Of a stretch of DNA of 64,000 nucleotides, positions 18,112-27,325 are shown piece after piece. The DNA lies in contig CAZRSX010000003.1 in the NCBI GenBank assembly GCA_964602865.1, positions 65,288 through 129,287 of the forward strand, given 5' to 3'. Both the position numbers and the translations under genes were made by a program. The notes under the pieces are model-generated. The model was given only the letters and a program-made list of their open reading frames with translations, made no database searches and was not told where the DNA came from. The DNA is from an uncultured Candidatus Saccharibacteria bacterium (lineage in GTDB: Bacteria > Patescibacteriota > Saccharimonadia > Saccharimonadales > JAGQNJ01). How positions within the stretch are numbered: position 1 is the stretch's first letter; every line of letters begins with the position of its first letter.

Positions 18112-19908
18112 TTACCAGCCGCCCCCACCGCCACCGCCTCCTCCACCACCAGAGAAGCCGCCGCCCCCAGAAAACCCGGATGAACCCGAACTGCTAGGCG
18201 GCGCAAATGTCGTACCGGACGTTGTCGAAAAGTTATGCAACGATGATGCCAGATAGGCAGTACTGAAGGTTGTCCAATTGCCGCGGTACCACTCGGGCGG
18301 TTCGCTATCGCTATATAAGTGTTTGAACTCGTCAGCCCACTTTTTCTCCAGGCCAAACAAGATAGCATACGGGAGAAGCTTCTCGAATAGCTTTATTTTT
18401 GTCTTGTGGTCTTTGGGGTCGCCAAAGCGCCGGGCACCTTCGGGGCTTTGCAGATATTTGAGCCGTTCGGCCTCGGCCAGCTTGATGTACTTTTCCATAC
18501 CCTTCAGATAATCGCGCAGCTCAACACCGTGCATAGTCCGCGCCGGCATAGCGGCCGAGCCGATAAAGGTAATAATGGCCGCGATGACGAGTCCAATGCC
18601 CAGTAAGATACCGATGCCGGTCATCATAACCAAAATGCCGAGTATCAGCAGCACTGTTGCCACGCCAACGAAACGACGCCGGGCTTTGGCCGGATCGGCC
18701 GCAAAATAGCCTTTTGTAAACGCAGTGTGCGCCGCGTCCTTACCAAGTTTTTTAACCGTCTGGTGCATCGTTGTTTTCAGCGAAGACAACGTTACTTTGT
18801 CGCCAACGGTTGGGTGTGCGCCAAAAAACATCGTCACGACATCGCGATGTTCCGCCGCCAAGTGTGCTGGTGATTTAATAAGTTCCAACTCGTAGTCGCG
18901 CGGCTTTTTGTCCAGATCATAAATGACCACGTACTTTTGAATTGCCAGCTCAATCAGCGTAGCGGTGATAGCCTTGTTACTGAGCTGCTCGCGAAACACC
19001 ACATCGGCAATGACAGGGTTGACACCTTTTGGCGGCAGATATTCAGGAATAATGATTCCCCTACCTTTAGGATCGCGGCCGTGGCGATGCCATTTTTTGT
19101 AGACAACACCAAACGCAAGCAGCGGCGGCACAATCACCATAGCAATCATACTAAGCACGACCAGCAGCCTGACAAATGCCGCCAGTGTATCCGGAGAAAA
19201 CGTACCCTGGTCAAACGCCAACACCACTGTTAACGTCTGGTTGGGTCCCAGATTCTGAGCGGTCGAAGTAATAATGGTGGTTCCGTCCTGCTGACGGCGC
19301 GTGATACTACAGTTGCCGCTACTGTCTCCGTAGCTGCCCGCAAAACACAGCTGCCGCTCCTGCAGGCCGCTGATGTGCGCCGGCACGTGTACGCGGGCAA
19401 TCACGTTGTCAAAGCGCTGCGGCCAGCCGTCGCCATTGATATCCCAGTAAAACTCCTGATGCTCATTCTCAAAATTAATTACGTCTTTCACCTGGTAGCG
19501 TATGTTGTAGACTACGCGCCCCTGGACAAAGACATTGGCATCGCCGATTTTGAGCACCGTGTTGTCATTTTCGTTGTAGGTCGAGAACGGGTGCGGCTGG
19601 CCGCGGTCGTTGGTGACGCTTGCTATTTTCAGCTGTAAACTGCGGCCGTTGTATTTGTTCGGGATAGCCCGCAAAATACCGCGGTTCTGATTTGGGTTCG
19701 GAAAATTGGCGACAATAACTTCCTCGACCGTCAGCGTGCTCACCCCCCGATTATTTTTGTCCAGGTAGTAGTCAGCGCTAAACGATGGAATCGAAAAATT
19801 CTGGACGTTCTGGGCGTCGACAGGTCTCATAAACCCAACAAAACCGATAAGTCCCACTAAAAGTATCGCGATACAGAAGCGTAAGCGGCGCATGCTTCTA
19901 TCATACAA
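18112..19908 (-). CDS. DUF2207-like membrane protein with Gly-rich C-terminus
   Basis: 598 aa. Signal/TM, large ectodomain, three central TMs and a C-terminal SSGSSGFSGGGGFSGGGGGGGGGGGW tail, as in DUF2207 proteins. Confidence 0.65.
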   Translation of the reverse strand: MYDRSMRRLRFCIAILLVGLIGFVGFMRPVDAQNVQNFSIPSFSADYYLDKNNRGVSTLTVEEVIVANFPNPNQNRGILRAIPNKYNGRSLQLKIASVTNDRGQPHPFSTYNENDNTVLKIGDANVFVQGRVVYNIRYQVKDVINFENEHQEFYWDINGDGWPQRFDNVIARVHVPAHISGLQERQLCFAGSYGDSSGNCSITRRQQDGTTIITSTAQNLGPNQTLTVVLAFDQGTFSPDTLAAFVRLLVVLSMIAMVIVPPLLAFGVVYKKWHRHGRDPKGRGIIIPEYLPPKGVNPVIADVVFREQLSNKAITATLIELAIQKYVVIYDLDKKPRDYELELIKSPAHLAAEHRDVVTMFFGAHPTVGDKVTLSSLKTTMHQTVKKLGKDAAHTAFTKGYFAADPAKARRRFVGVATVLLILGILVMMTGIGILLGIGLVIAAIITFIGSAAMPARTMHGVELRDYLKGMEKYIKLAEAERLKYLQSPEGARRFGDPKDHKTKIKLFEKLLPYAILFGLEKKWADEFKHLYSDSEPPEWYRGNWTTFSTAYLASSLHNFSTTSGTTFAPPSSSGSSGFSGGGGFSGGGGGGGGGGGW

Positions 19909-19945
19909 TGGTTATGCCAAAATGCCCGTCGTTTTTGCCGCCAAA

Positions 19946-19974
19946 CAAAAAACGGGACAACCTGTCCCGTTTTT
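19946..19974 (-). terminator. rho-independent terminator (bidirectional shape)
   Basis: Stem ACGGGACA (19952-19959) / TGTCCCGT (19963-19970), loop ACC. An A-run sits before it and TTTT after it. It lies just downstream of the minus-strand gene ending at 19994. Confidence 0.65.
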
Positions 19975-19993
19975 CTGTATTGCCTGAATTTGT

Positions 19994-20392
19994 CTATTCG
20001 GCTGCTTCGTCACCGTGGACAACAAGTGCGTAGATGATAAGGATATCAATTACGACAACCATGATTGACCATACCGGGTACGCACTGATGAACAAAAAGT
20101 TCGCCATTGCGCTCAGCGTTGCCAAAATGATAGCAACAACGCGTCCCCACGTACGACCGTTAATGACCGCTGAGCCTGCTGCCAGCAGAACAACGCCCAT
20201 GAGCATGTGAACCCAGCCCCAGGTTGTTACGTTAAACGCGAGCAAACTGCGCTCGGTCACGACATAAAAGTCGTCTCTTAATAGTGCCGTGAGTCCGGCA
20301 ATTCCCTGGAACACTCCTGAAATCATCATGAGCAGTCCAGCGAAGTATACCCACCCCACCCAACCAGAAACTTGTTTATCGTTTGCTGCCAT
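19994..20392 (-). CDS. small 4-TM membrane protein (DUF7144-like)
   Basis: MAANDKQVSGWVGWVYFAGLLMMISGVFQGIAGLTALLRDDFYVV. Start at the second ATG (20392). Confidence 0.5.
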   Translation of the reverse strand: MAANDKQVSGWVGWVYFAGLLMMISGVFQGIAGLTALLRDDFYVVTERSLLAFNVTTWGWVHMLMGVVLLAAGSAVINGRTWGRVVAIILATLSAMANFLFISAYPVWSIMVVVIDILIIYALVVHGDEAAE

Positions 20393-20500
20393 AAGGTGGT
20401 CCTCCACTTATGTTAATAGTGCCTTCATCATCACCCAGCGGAGCTAAAATGTCAACTTTGTGGTGAAAACATTATTTACAACACCTCCGCTTTTTTTGGC

Positions 20501-21151
20501 TTAGATGCCTGCTGGCAATTCCTGGGCGTCAGTCGGGATTTCAATCGTCACATCTCTGTAGTCGAACTCAATGGTGCTCGTCGAACCGTTGAAGGTCGAT
20601 TCGATCTTAACAATGCGTTTGCTGGCAGTATCGATGAAGACCGTCGCCGTACCGCTGTCTTGGAAGTTAGACACGTCCCAGACGTCACAGGTACCGGTGC
20701 TACAGCTTTGCTGGCCTTTGTGGGTTGCGTTAGCACGGAAGTTGTCGATGTCACTCTGGCTGTATTCGTACTGGCCCGGGTCAACTGCGCCTTGCTGGGC
20801 ATCAGACGTTGGATACCTGAAACAGCCTTGGGCGTCATTACACATATAGTGGGCGTCTTTTGTGGTGACAAATCGTATGGTCTGGCCGTCGCTATCCATT
20901 TCGTATTGGCTATTGCCGTTGCCATCAAACTCCATGACAAACGTTTGTGTCTCGCCGTCTTGAGTTGTTGTAACAGTTGCTACAACTGGCACGCCCTCGG
21001 TCGCTACCGGGTTAAAAGCATTCTCGGTTGTTTCGGTTTGCCCCGTTGCATCTTGCTGATCGTTGTCACCTAAAAAGAACACCAAGTAACCGCCGGTTGC
21101 CGCACCCAGAACAATCACAACTACGCCGCCTATGATAAGAAATTTTTTCAT
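20501..21151 (-). CDS. secreted/membrane-anchored hypothetical protein
   Basis: Start at ATG 21151, preceded by GGAGGG. MKKFLIIGGVVVIVLGAATGG signal anchor. Confidence 0.55.
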   Translation of the reverse strand: MKKFLIIGGVVVIVLGAATGGYLVFFLGDNDQQDATGQTETTENAFNPVATEGVPVVATVTTTQDGETQTFVMEFDGNGNSQYEMDSDGQTIRFVTTKDAHYMCNDAQGCFRYPTSDAQQGAVDPGQYEYSQSDIDNFRANATHKGQQSCSTGTCDVWDVSNFQDSGTATVFIDTASKRIVKIESTFNGSTSTIEFDYRDVTIEIPTDAQELPAGI

Positions 21152-21224
21152 GTACCCTCCTTGATTTTGTGTCGTACTTTGTAGTCTACGGTTTTGCGAG
21201 CCGAGAGACAAGTTTTTCTACGTT

Positions 21225-22181
21225 CTAGTGATGGATGACGATATCAAAGGCGTCTTTGGAGAAGAAAATTTCCTGACTCGGATAGACGAGATTGAGATCG
21301 AGGTTCGGATCGCCGCTCATATAGGTCGTTATTTGGGCTGCCTGGTGCACGTCGGCCGCAGTGGCAGCGTGACCGCGCGCGACTAGACCATCGGTAATAA
21401 CCTGCCCATAGGTATCGCCCGGCTGCACAGTGTGGTGCAGATCGGCTGGCGCCGGTGGCGCTTGCGGTATTGCCGGAGGTGTCGTATTGAATTGGTCTAT
21501 GGCCTGGTCAATCGCCGGACTGCTTGGCGTACGCGGCGCCGGGATCTGGGGTTGATTGCTGGCATCCAAGGTGTCCGGCATATGGTCAAACAGCCCTTGG
21601 GCAACGGTTTGTTTGCCTTGCCCGCCTGATAGACCTTTGTATGCCAGGTACACCCCGGCCGCGGCAGCAACCGTGGCGCCAACTGCGGCAAGGACTTTTT
21701 TGGTGCGCGGGCTGGTTTCACGCTCGCGACGGTTTCGCGTCGCCCACCGCGACTGGATGTTCGTCGCCACTGCCGTCAGCGAAAAACGTCCAAGTTTCTT
21801 TTTGGCGGGTAGCCGCTCATTCGAGGCCTCTTGCTCGGACGGTGCAACAAGCGCTGTTTCGAGCACTTTTTCGTCTACATACTGCTCCACGCCAAAACGA
21901 GCTGGCCTGAAATCTCCGGCTGGTTTCTTTGGTGATTTATGACCATAAATCACCAGCCCGGTCTGAATATCATGAACTGGCGCCAGTGCCTCTGATTCGC
22001 CTGATTTTAATTCTGGTTGCGGGTCTGGCAAACCACGACCATACCTTTTTTGGCCAATTGCGGCTTCAAAACGTTGACGCGACTCTAAAATATCGCTGGC
22101 ATACTCAGCGACTGGGTCGAAATCAGAAATTGACGGCTTGTTAGCTTCCGGGGTGTTTTCGGGTGAGAGAGAATCATGCAT
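21225..22181 (-). CDS. hypothetical membrane protein with C-terminal LysM-like segment
   Basis: 318 aa. Central TM (VLAAVGATVAAAAGVYLAY). C-terminal HTVQPGDTYGQVI...VYPSQEIFF resembles a LysM repeat. Confidence 0.45.
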   Translation of the reverse strand: MHDSLSPENTPEANKPSISDFDPVAEYASDILESRQRFEAAIGQKRYGRGLPDPQPELKSGESEALAPVHDIQTGLVIYGHKSPKKPAGDFRPARFGVEQYVDEKVLETALVAPSEQEASNERLPAKKKLGRFSLTAVATNIQSRWATRNRRERETSPRTKKVLAAVGATVAAAAGVYLAYKGLSGGQGKQTVAQGLFDHMPDTLDASNQPQIPAPRTPSSPAIDQAIDQFNTTPPAIPQAPPAPADLHHTVQPGDTYGQVITDGLVARGHAATAADVHQAAQITTYMSGDPNLDLNLVYPSQEIFFSKDAFDIVIHH

Positions 22182-22265
22182 ATCTTTTTATTATACCATA
22201 GTTGTCAATACTTTGTCAATATCCTGAGAAAGTTGAGCTCCATTGTAGCCAAACTTTCTAAAATT

Positions 22266-22274
22266 TGCTACAAT
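22266..22274 (+). promoter_or_regulatory. extended -10 promoter (TGcTACAAT) upstream of the tRNA-like locus
   Basis: TGCTACAAT at 22266-22274, about 35 nt upstream of the tRNA-Gln-like 5' end at 22309. No convincing separate promoter is seen in the 39-bp spacer before the intact tRNA. Confidence 0.4.
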
Positions 22275-22308
22275 TTCCCCTGTTCTTTGCGATTTTATAT
22301 TTCGATGA

Positions 22309-22454
22309 TGGGGATTGGCCAAGCGGTAAGGCAGCGAGGTCCAAGGTCCCATGATCGGGGTGAGAAATGCCGGTGGCATTTCGCAAGGAAACCTTCCTTC
22401 GAAAACTTGTTTTCAAAAGTGAAGTTTCGGGCTCGCCGAAGGTGAGTCGAATCC
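22309..22454 (+). pseudogene. tRNA-Gln-like 5' portion with ~85-nt insertion in the T-arm, lacking a 3' acceptor strand (attL-like junction)
   Basis: TGGGGATTGGCCAAGCGGTAAGGCA is 24/25 identical to the start of the intact tRNA at 22494. The anticodon-arm region GCGAGGTCCAAGGTCCCAT does not form a 5-bp stem / 7-nt loop. After TGATCGGGG the T-arm is interrupted. No ATCCCCA acceptor strand follows locally. Confidence 0.6.
22352..22454. repeat. left copy of 103-bp direct repeat (DR-L)
   Basis: Aligned by hand with 43191-43293 at an offset of 20,839 bp. 101/103 identical; the only differences are TC (22399-22400) vs CT (43238-43239). Confidence 0.9.
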
Positions 22455-22493
22455 GATTCGAACCCCGCGTATGTTAAAATCAGAATTATTTAT

Positions 22494-22567
22494 TGGGGAT
22501 TGGCCAAGTGGTAAGGCAACGGGTTCTGGTCCCGTGATCGGGGGTTCGAATCCCTCATCCCCAGCCA
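22494..22567 (+). tRNA. tRNA-Gln (anticodon CUG), CCA encoded
   Basis: Hand-folded: acceptor TGGGGAT/ATCCCCA with the U1-A72 pair typical of tRNA-Gln; D-arm GCCAAGTGGTAAGGC; anticodon arm ACGGG-TTCTGGT-CCCGT; T-arm GGGGG-TTCGAAT-CCCTC; discriminator G + CCA. Close to E. coli tRNA-Gln2 in layout. Confidence 0.9.
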
Positions 22568-22581
22568 GATGCGACAGTTTT

Positions 22582-22607
22582 AAAAGAGACCCATATGGGT
22601 CTCTTTT
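22582..22607. terminator. bidirectional rho-independent terminator
   Basis: AAAAGAGACCC-ATAT-GGGTCTCTTTT is a perfect 11-bp stem with A/T tracts. It sits between the tRNA (+) and the 3' end of the KAP NTPase gene (-). Confidence 0.8.
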
Positions 22608-22651
22608 ATTTTCCAGTAAAATTTACGACTATTATATCGCGAGAACTACGA

Positions 22652-25600
22652 TTATTCCTCTGTATATAGCGTTTTGAAATTATCCCAGTATGTCTTCTCT
22701 GCTTGATTTTGGCGACCACTTGCAAATGCTTGCATTGCTTCAAATATGTCTCGTTTTGCCTGTGTGTCGCTCCACGTTCGCATTCGAGACAGTAGATCAT
22801 CGAAGTCCTTCTTGTGAGTCTTATATCTCGGCCGTGCGATGTTTAATGAGCTCAATACTACTTGGAGCACTTGAAGATCTTGCGATTCTGCGAGTAGGCT
22901 GAAAAGTAGATAGATGTAGTCATTTCTGGGGGTGTCTTGAAGTAGTAAATAATAGTCGTTGATAATCCGAAAAGCAACACGATGAGCTGCAGATGCAGAG
23001 CGCCCTGGCTCTCGTAGCCATGTCAATAGATCGGTAGCTAGTTTGCGTTTGTCTGTTTCCTGGAGATGTTCTAGGCGGTTAAGGAATGCGTATCCAATAT
23101 CTGCTTGTGAAGGGTCGTTACTTTCAACGAGGGATGTAATCTGATCCAGTGCCGACTTTAGTTCCACGTTATCTGACTTGAGCATCTTAGCTGCAATAAA
23201 TTCAAAATACCGCTCTTTAAACGTGTATGTATTGCGCCCAGCTTTGTCGAGAAGCATCGACACAATATTTTTTCTATCGGGTAACTTATCTAGTGAGCTG
23301 ATAAAGTCGACATCATAGTAGTTGTCGGCTGGAGCACGCTTAATGATATCACTTAAGATTATCTTCTTTTCATCATCATCAGCGTTTTCGTAGATGTAAC
23401 GCAATACGTCCGCTGACGTAGCGAGACGGGGCAATATTGTTGGCAAAATAAGCTTAATGAAGCGTCCACGGGACTCTTTATTCCAATAGTCGAGAGGCCG
23501 CTGGAAGTGTGGTAAGTCAGTGAAATCTTGGAAATAGCTGTTGATACTATCGACTATCGCTTGTTTGTCGCCAGTGTCAACGAAGTTTCGAATCCAGAAT
23601 AATGCAATAATCTGGTCTGAACGCTGCTCCCATTGCGGAGTGTACGGGATGATTTTGATGATATTTTGCGAGATTTCAGAAAGGTATTGCGATCCATTTT
23701 CCAGTTCTTTGCCAAAGGTGCTGGTTAGTGGTGAAATGGCCTCAATGATCTTTGCCTTATTGTCATCGTATCGAGCAGATGCCGCCAAATCTTTCTTGAA
23801 TAGCTCGGAGATAGTCGCAACCACATCCGGTATAAGGCTGTGCTTGAGTATATAATCCTTGTAGCGATCTATGGTAGCGAGTTTTGTTGTCAGATTGTCG
23901 ATATCGAATGATCCTAGATAACTATTGAGCAACTTCTCGGTGATGAACACCTCTTGACTCTTCACATCATCGAAGATGAGGAGTGCTTCTTCATCAGTTG
24001 CATACTTCGATTCTAGTAAGGTCCTGAATTCAGTTTTTTGCTGCTTACTCAGGAGTGTCGGATTTTCTTTGAAGCTAGTAATGATGCTCAATTTGAAGGC
24101 CGCTGCCGATGCTTCGCTACCAATGATACCTAGATATCGGGTGACGATATTGCCTCGTAATGCCAGGCTTATCTTCTTATTTGCTAGAAGCTTAAATACG
24201 TGGTGCAGTGGAAGACCTTCGTGTTTTGGCCAGAGCTCTGTATCGATTGTTTTCGCCACCTCGTTTGCGTATCGTTTACTATCGACCTCAACAGCAAGAC
24301 TCGAAATTATCTCGAACTGTGTAACCACGACATTGTTTAGCATGTTTTCCTGACCAGAATACTTTGCTACCAAGTCGGTGATAAACTCAACAAGCTTATC
24401 GGCAGGCTCACTTTTAGAAGCTTCCATTGCTTCAGTGACATTACCTGCAACAAGTGCATTCTTAATGTCATTGGCATTCTTAAGACCACGAGAATCAGCA
24501 GGATCTTTGAAGTAAATAAACGGTTCGGCATCATCTACTGTAATGCGACTCGTTTTTTGCATAAAATTGGTGAAATCTTTCAGTTCTCCTGGGTTCTCAC
24601 CATTAGTTATAGCTTCAGGCTGGTGCCAATTCTCCTTGAGTGACTCATAGGCCTTCGGGAACTTCTGTCGAATGATGAGTATCTTCGCTAAATATGCAAC
24701 GTTGCTGTCAATGATATCTCTTACACCCGTACCGCGCGTACTGATAATCATGGCAATTAAGTTATTAATGAATTGGATAATCTCGCGTGGGTTGCGTGAG
24801 AATGCGGAGTTGATAACCAAAATGACATCCTCGTCATCAAGAAGCTTGCTGATTTCACCAGTTTTTCCAATCAAGTCATTCGTGTACTGCTCGAGGTCGG
24901 TGTTAATGAAGTCGGGAATCCAGATAATCAAGTTGAATATTTTTCGTAGATACTCTGCGGCACCAAAGGAATCCGACCTAACCCCATTGCTGCCATAGAA
25001 ATACTTTTCAACCTGCACTTCGATTGCGGTAGGATCGCAGGGCACGATAAAGACGAGACCGTTCTTCGCGTTACTGTACATGAACGTCTTGATGGTTGTA
25101 AGCATGGAAATAGCAACATCACCTTGTACACGATCTATGTTGTCGAATACGATTACCATCTTCTTGTCTACATGCTCAAGTATCTCAATGAATTTTGCTT
25201 CAAATTGCTCCGGTGAGTTTAGCTTATCCTGCTGGATCGTTTTAGTAATTAGTTCAGTCTGAGCTACTTGCTTACTGAATAAGCTATTTACTGCAGCCTT
25301 TACAATCTCTTCAACCGCCGGCTTGAGTATCACAACGAGTACCGATATCGATGCAGTGAAAGAAAGGACTGTTTTGAAAAGATCTGCTATAGAGAGGTGC
25401 TGCCAAACAGTGTTGAAGAGAATAATAAACACGACCGAGATAGATAGTGTACCCAGAAGGGCAAAACGTCTTGCATATCCTACAAGATTTTTGTACCACG
25501 GCCTCTTCTCAGTTTTAGCGGGGTTGTCATTTTTAGTTACAGTATTCGTTGTCGAGTTGTAAAGTGGGGTTAAAATATCTTCATCAATTTTGATCTTTTT

Positions 25601-25906
25601 GTCTTTGAGAAAATCGACAAGCTTAATAAGAAACGTCCTGCGAAGCGTGTCGTCCTTATACTTCCATGCATCAAAAATGAATACAGGCATATCAAGCTCG
25701 CTATCATTTTTCACCATTTCGATGACCGTACTTTTGCCAGCGCCCCATGCACCAAATAAGCCAATAGTATGCGGGGACGTGTCATCTTTGAGAATCTTTT
25801 TTAGTGCTGGAGCGATTGAGTTATGGTAAAAGCGTTCATAACTAACCTCAGATTTTGTCTGTGGTTCGTCTTTTAGAAAAATAAACTCAGGTGGACTCTT
25901 TTTCAT
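22652..25906 (-). CDS. KAP-family P-loop NTPase with intramolecular TM helices
   Basis: 1084 aa. Walker A GAWGAGKST and Walker B MVIVFDNIDR are separated by two hydrophobic helices (FALLGTLSISVVFIILF, VLSFTASISVLVVIL), the KAP hallmark. Long helical C-terminal region. Confidence 0.75.
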   Translation of the reverse strand: MKKSPPEFIFLKDEPQTKSEVSYERFYHNSIAPALKKILKDDTSPHTIGLFGAWGAGKSTVIEMVKNDSELDMPVFIFDAWKYKDDTLRRTFLIKLVDFLKDKKIKIDEDILTPLYNSTTNTVTKNDNPAKTEKRPWYKNLVGYARRFALLGTLSISVVFIILFNTVWQHLSIADLFKTVLSFTASISVLVVILKPAVEEIVKAAVNSLFSKQVAQTELITKTIQQDKLNSPEQFEAKFIEILEHVDKKMVIVFDNIDRVQGDVAISMLTTIKTFMYSNAKNGLVFIVPCDPTAIEVQVEKYFYGSNGVRSDSFGAAEYLRKIFNLIIWIPDFINTDLEQYTNDLIGKTGEISKLLDDEDVILVINSAFSRNPREIIQFINNLIAMIISTRGTGVRDIIDSNVAYLAKILIIRQKFPKAYESLKENWHQPEAITNGENPGELKDFTNFMQKTSRITVDDAEPFIYFKDPADSRGLKNANDIKNALVAGNVTEAMEASKSEPADKLVEFITDLVAKYSGQENMLNNVVVTQFEIISSLAVEVDSKRYANEVAKTIDTELWPKHEGLPLHHVFKLLANKKISLALRGNIVTRYLGIIGSEASAAAFKLSIITSFKENPTLLSKQQKTEFRTLLESKYATDEEALLIFDDVKSQEVFITEKLLNSYLGSFDIDNLTTKLATIDRYKDYILKHSLIPDVVATISELFKKDLAASARYDDNKAKIIEAISPLTSTFGKELENGSQYLSEISQNIIKIIPYTPQWEQRSDQIIALFWIRNFVDTGDKQAIVDSINSYFQDFTDLPHFQRPLDYWNKESRGRFIKLILPTILPRLATSADVLRYIYENADDDEKKIILSDIIKRAPADNYYDVDFISSLDKLPDRKNIVSMLLDKAGRNTYTFKERYFEFIAAKMLKSDNVELKSALDQITSLVESNDPSQADIGYAFLNRLEHLQETDKRKLATDLLTWLREPGRSASAAHRVAFRIINDYYLLLQDTPRNDYIYLLFSLLAESQDLQVLQVVLSSLNIARPRYKTHKKDFDDLLSRMRTWSDTQAKRDIFEAMQAFASGRQNQAEKTYWDNFKTLYTEE

Positions 25907-25984
25907 ATTTTACCTTGAATCAACCCCACCTGATGAAACCTTAGTCATATTATAGCAAGAAATACAGCTGTTTCAGTAGTCTCC

Positions 25985-27286
25985 TCAAGGATGTTGCATA
26001 TAAAGCCGACTCCTGTAGATCTTACGCCCTTTAACAAGTAGTGGCACGTTTAGTCCTCGTAAGAATCCGTCTTGTTCACTTAAGGTTCCTTGTTTGAGCG
26101 TATAGCTTGCAAAGTTACGGAAATGATCTCTTTCTGTGAGCTCAATCCCGTGATCTTTAATCAGCTGACTTGTTATTCGTTTATGCTGCTCTATTTTCTT
26201 AAAAACTGACTCGCTTGGCTCAACGTCATCAAGTTCGCCAGCTTCTATCATTGCCAGTATTTGCTCGACTATCATATGTGACTTTATTGATGGTTCAGGA
26301 CAATCAGGATCCTTAGTAGATTTCGTACACCGATAGTATACGTGTCTATTTTTGCCACCATCTTTACGTTTCTTGAAATGTTCCTCAACCGTTAACCTAG
26401 ATCCACATGATCCACAGTAAAACAGATGCTTGAATGGGAACTTCTTTGATCCCCATGCGGGTTTGTTGTCAGGTACGATAGATGCCATTCTACCTCGAAC
26501 GATATCGAATAGCTCTTTTGATACTATTGGTTCGTGCTTGCCTTTATACAGAGGTCCACCTACGGGATACGCAAAGTATCCATAATAGAAAGGATTGGTC
26601 AGTATTCGATAAATCTGGCTTAGCGAAAGCCGTGCCCCTGACTTAGTTGTGAAGTCGATACTATCAAGCCAGTCCTTTATTTTTCGCCCACTTTGGTTTT
26701 GTAAGCCTGATCGCTCAAACACCTCTCTAATAATTGGTGCTCTATCAATATCGAGGACTATGTCTTTCACGCCACCAAATGATCGATTTATGTAGCCGAT
26801 AGGAGCTGCGCCTGGCCGCCAGCCCATTTCACACTTGGCACGTATCCCACGTTTGACGTTAATACCTCTGTTATCATTCTCAAGCTTTGCTTGTGAACAT
26901 AGAATCATGAGCAGGAACTTCTCGTTTGGAGTATTACTGAAACTCTGCCCGAAGGTTCTTATCCTTTGCAGACGATTCATGTCCATGAGATCGACTAACG
27001 ACCCAAGATCTCCAGCATTTCTGCTTAGCCGATCAGGTGCCCATGTCAGAATCGCATCAAACTTGCCGTTTCGTAGATCATGCAGAAGTTCGTTGAACAC
27101 TGGTCTATGTCCTGATTGTTTTGCCGAGAAGCTTTCCTGTTTTGTATCTACAATATTCAAGTCTTCGCGTTCTGCCATCGCCATCATCTCTTTGATCTGT
27201 GAGTCGATTGACATCGCTTGACGTTCATCGGATTCGCTTGATTTGCGGGCATAGAGACAGTATCTGAGCTGAACGGTTTCTTCCAT
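25985..27286 (-). CDS. large serine recombinase (resolvase/invertase N-domain + recombinase domain + zinc ribbon)
   Basis: YCLYARKSSESDERQAMSIDSQ contains the catalytic Ser region. DAILTWAPDRLSRN follows, and the C-terminal part has CGSCGSRL...YYRC. Start at MEETVQL (27286) or 27295. Confidence 0.85.
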   Translation of the reverse strand: MEETVQLRYCLYARKSSESDERQAMSIDSQIKEMMAMAEREDLNIVDTKQESFSAKQSGHRPVFNELLHDLRNGKFDAILTWAPDRLSRNAGDLGSLVDLMDMNRLQRIRTFGQSFSNTPNEKFLLMILCSQAKLENDNRGINVKRGIRAKCEMGWRPGAAPIGYINRSFGGVKDIVLDIDRAPIIREVFERSGLQNQSGRKIKDWLDSIDFTTKSGARLSLSQIYRILTNPFYYGYFAYPVGGPLYKGKHEPIVSKELFDIVRGRMASIVPDNKPAWGSKKFPFKHLFYCGSCGSRLTVEEHFKKRKDGGKNRHVYYRCTKSTKDPDCPEPSIKSHMIVEQILAMIEAGELDDVEPSESVFKKIEQHKRITSQLIKDHGIELTERDHFRNFASYTLKQGTLSEQDGFLRGLNVPLLVKGRKIYRSRLYMQHP

Positions 27287-27325
27287 CAACAACAAGGTAC
27301 CGCAATAATTATAGAAGTCTAGGCT

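Noticed and set aside
18112-18190. GC-rich ccaccgcc/ggcggtgg-type repeat at the 3' end of the DUF2207-like gene, considered as a non-coding repeat element
   Set aside because: It is in frame and encodes the poly-Gly tail typical of this protein family, so it is low-complexity coding sequence.
22176-22445. 89-aa ORF (and 22191-22379 on the minus strand) across the tRNA-like locus; likewise the 125-aa minus ORF at 43128-43505
   Set aside because: They run through tRNA-derived and repeat sequence and, for 43128-43505, through the 5' end of a well-supported hydrolase gene. There is no RBS or motif support.
22401-22446. tracrRNA-like look of the two terminal hairpins in the repeat (ACTTG...AAGT, then TTCGGGCTCGCCGAA)
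   Set aside because: The resemblance to Cas9 sgRNA 3' hairpins is only in shape. There is no Cas9/Cas12/IscB/TnpB gene and no repeat array nearby.
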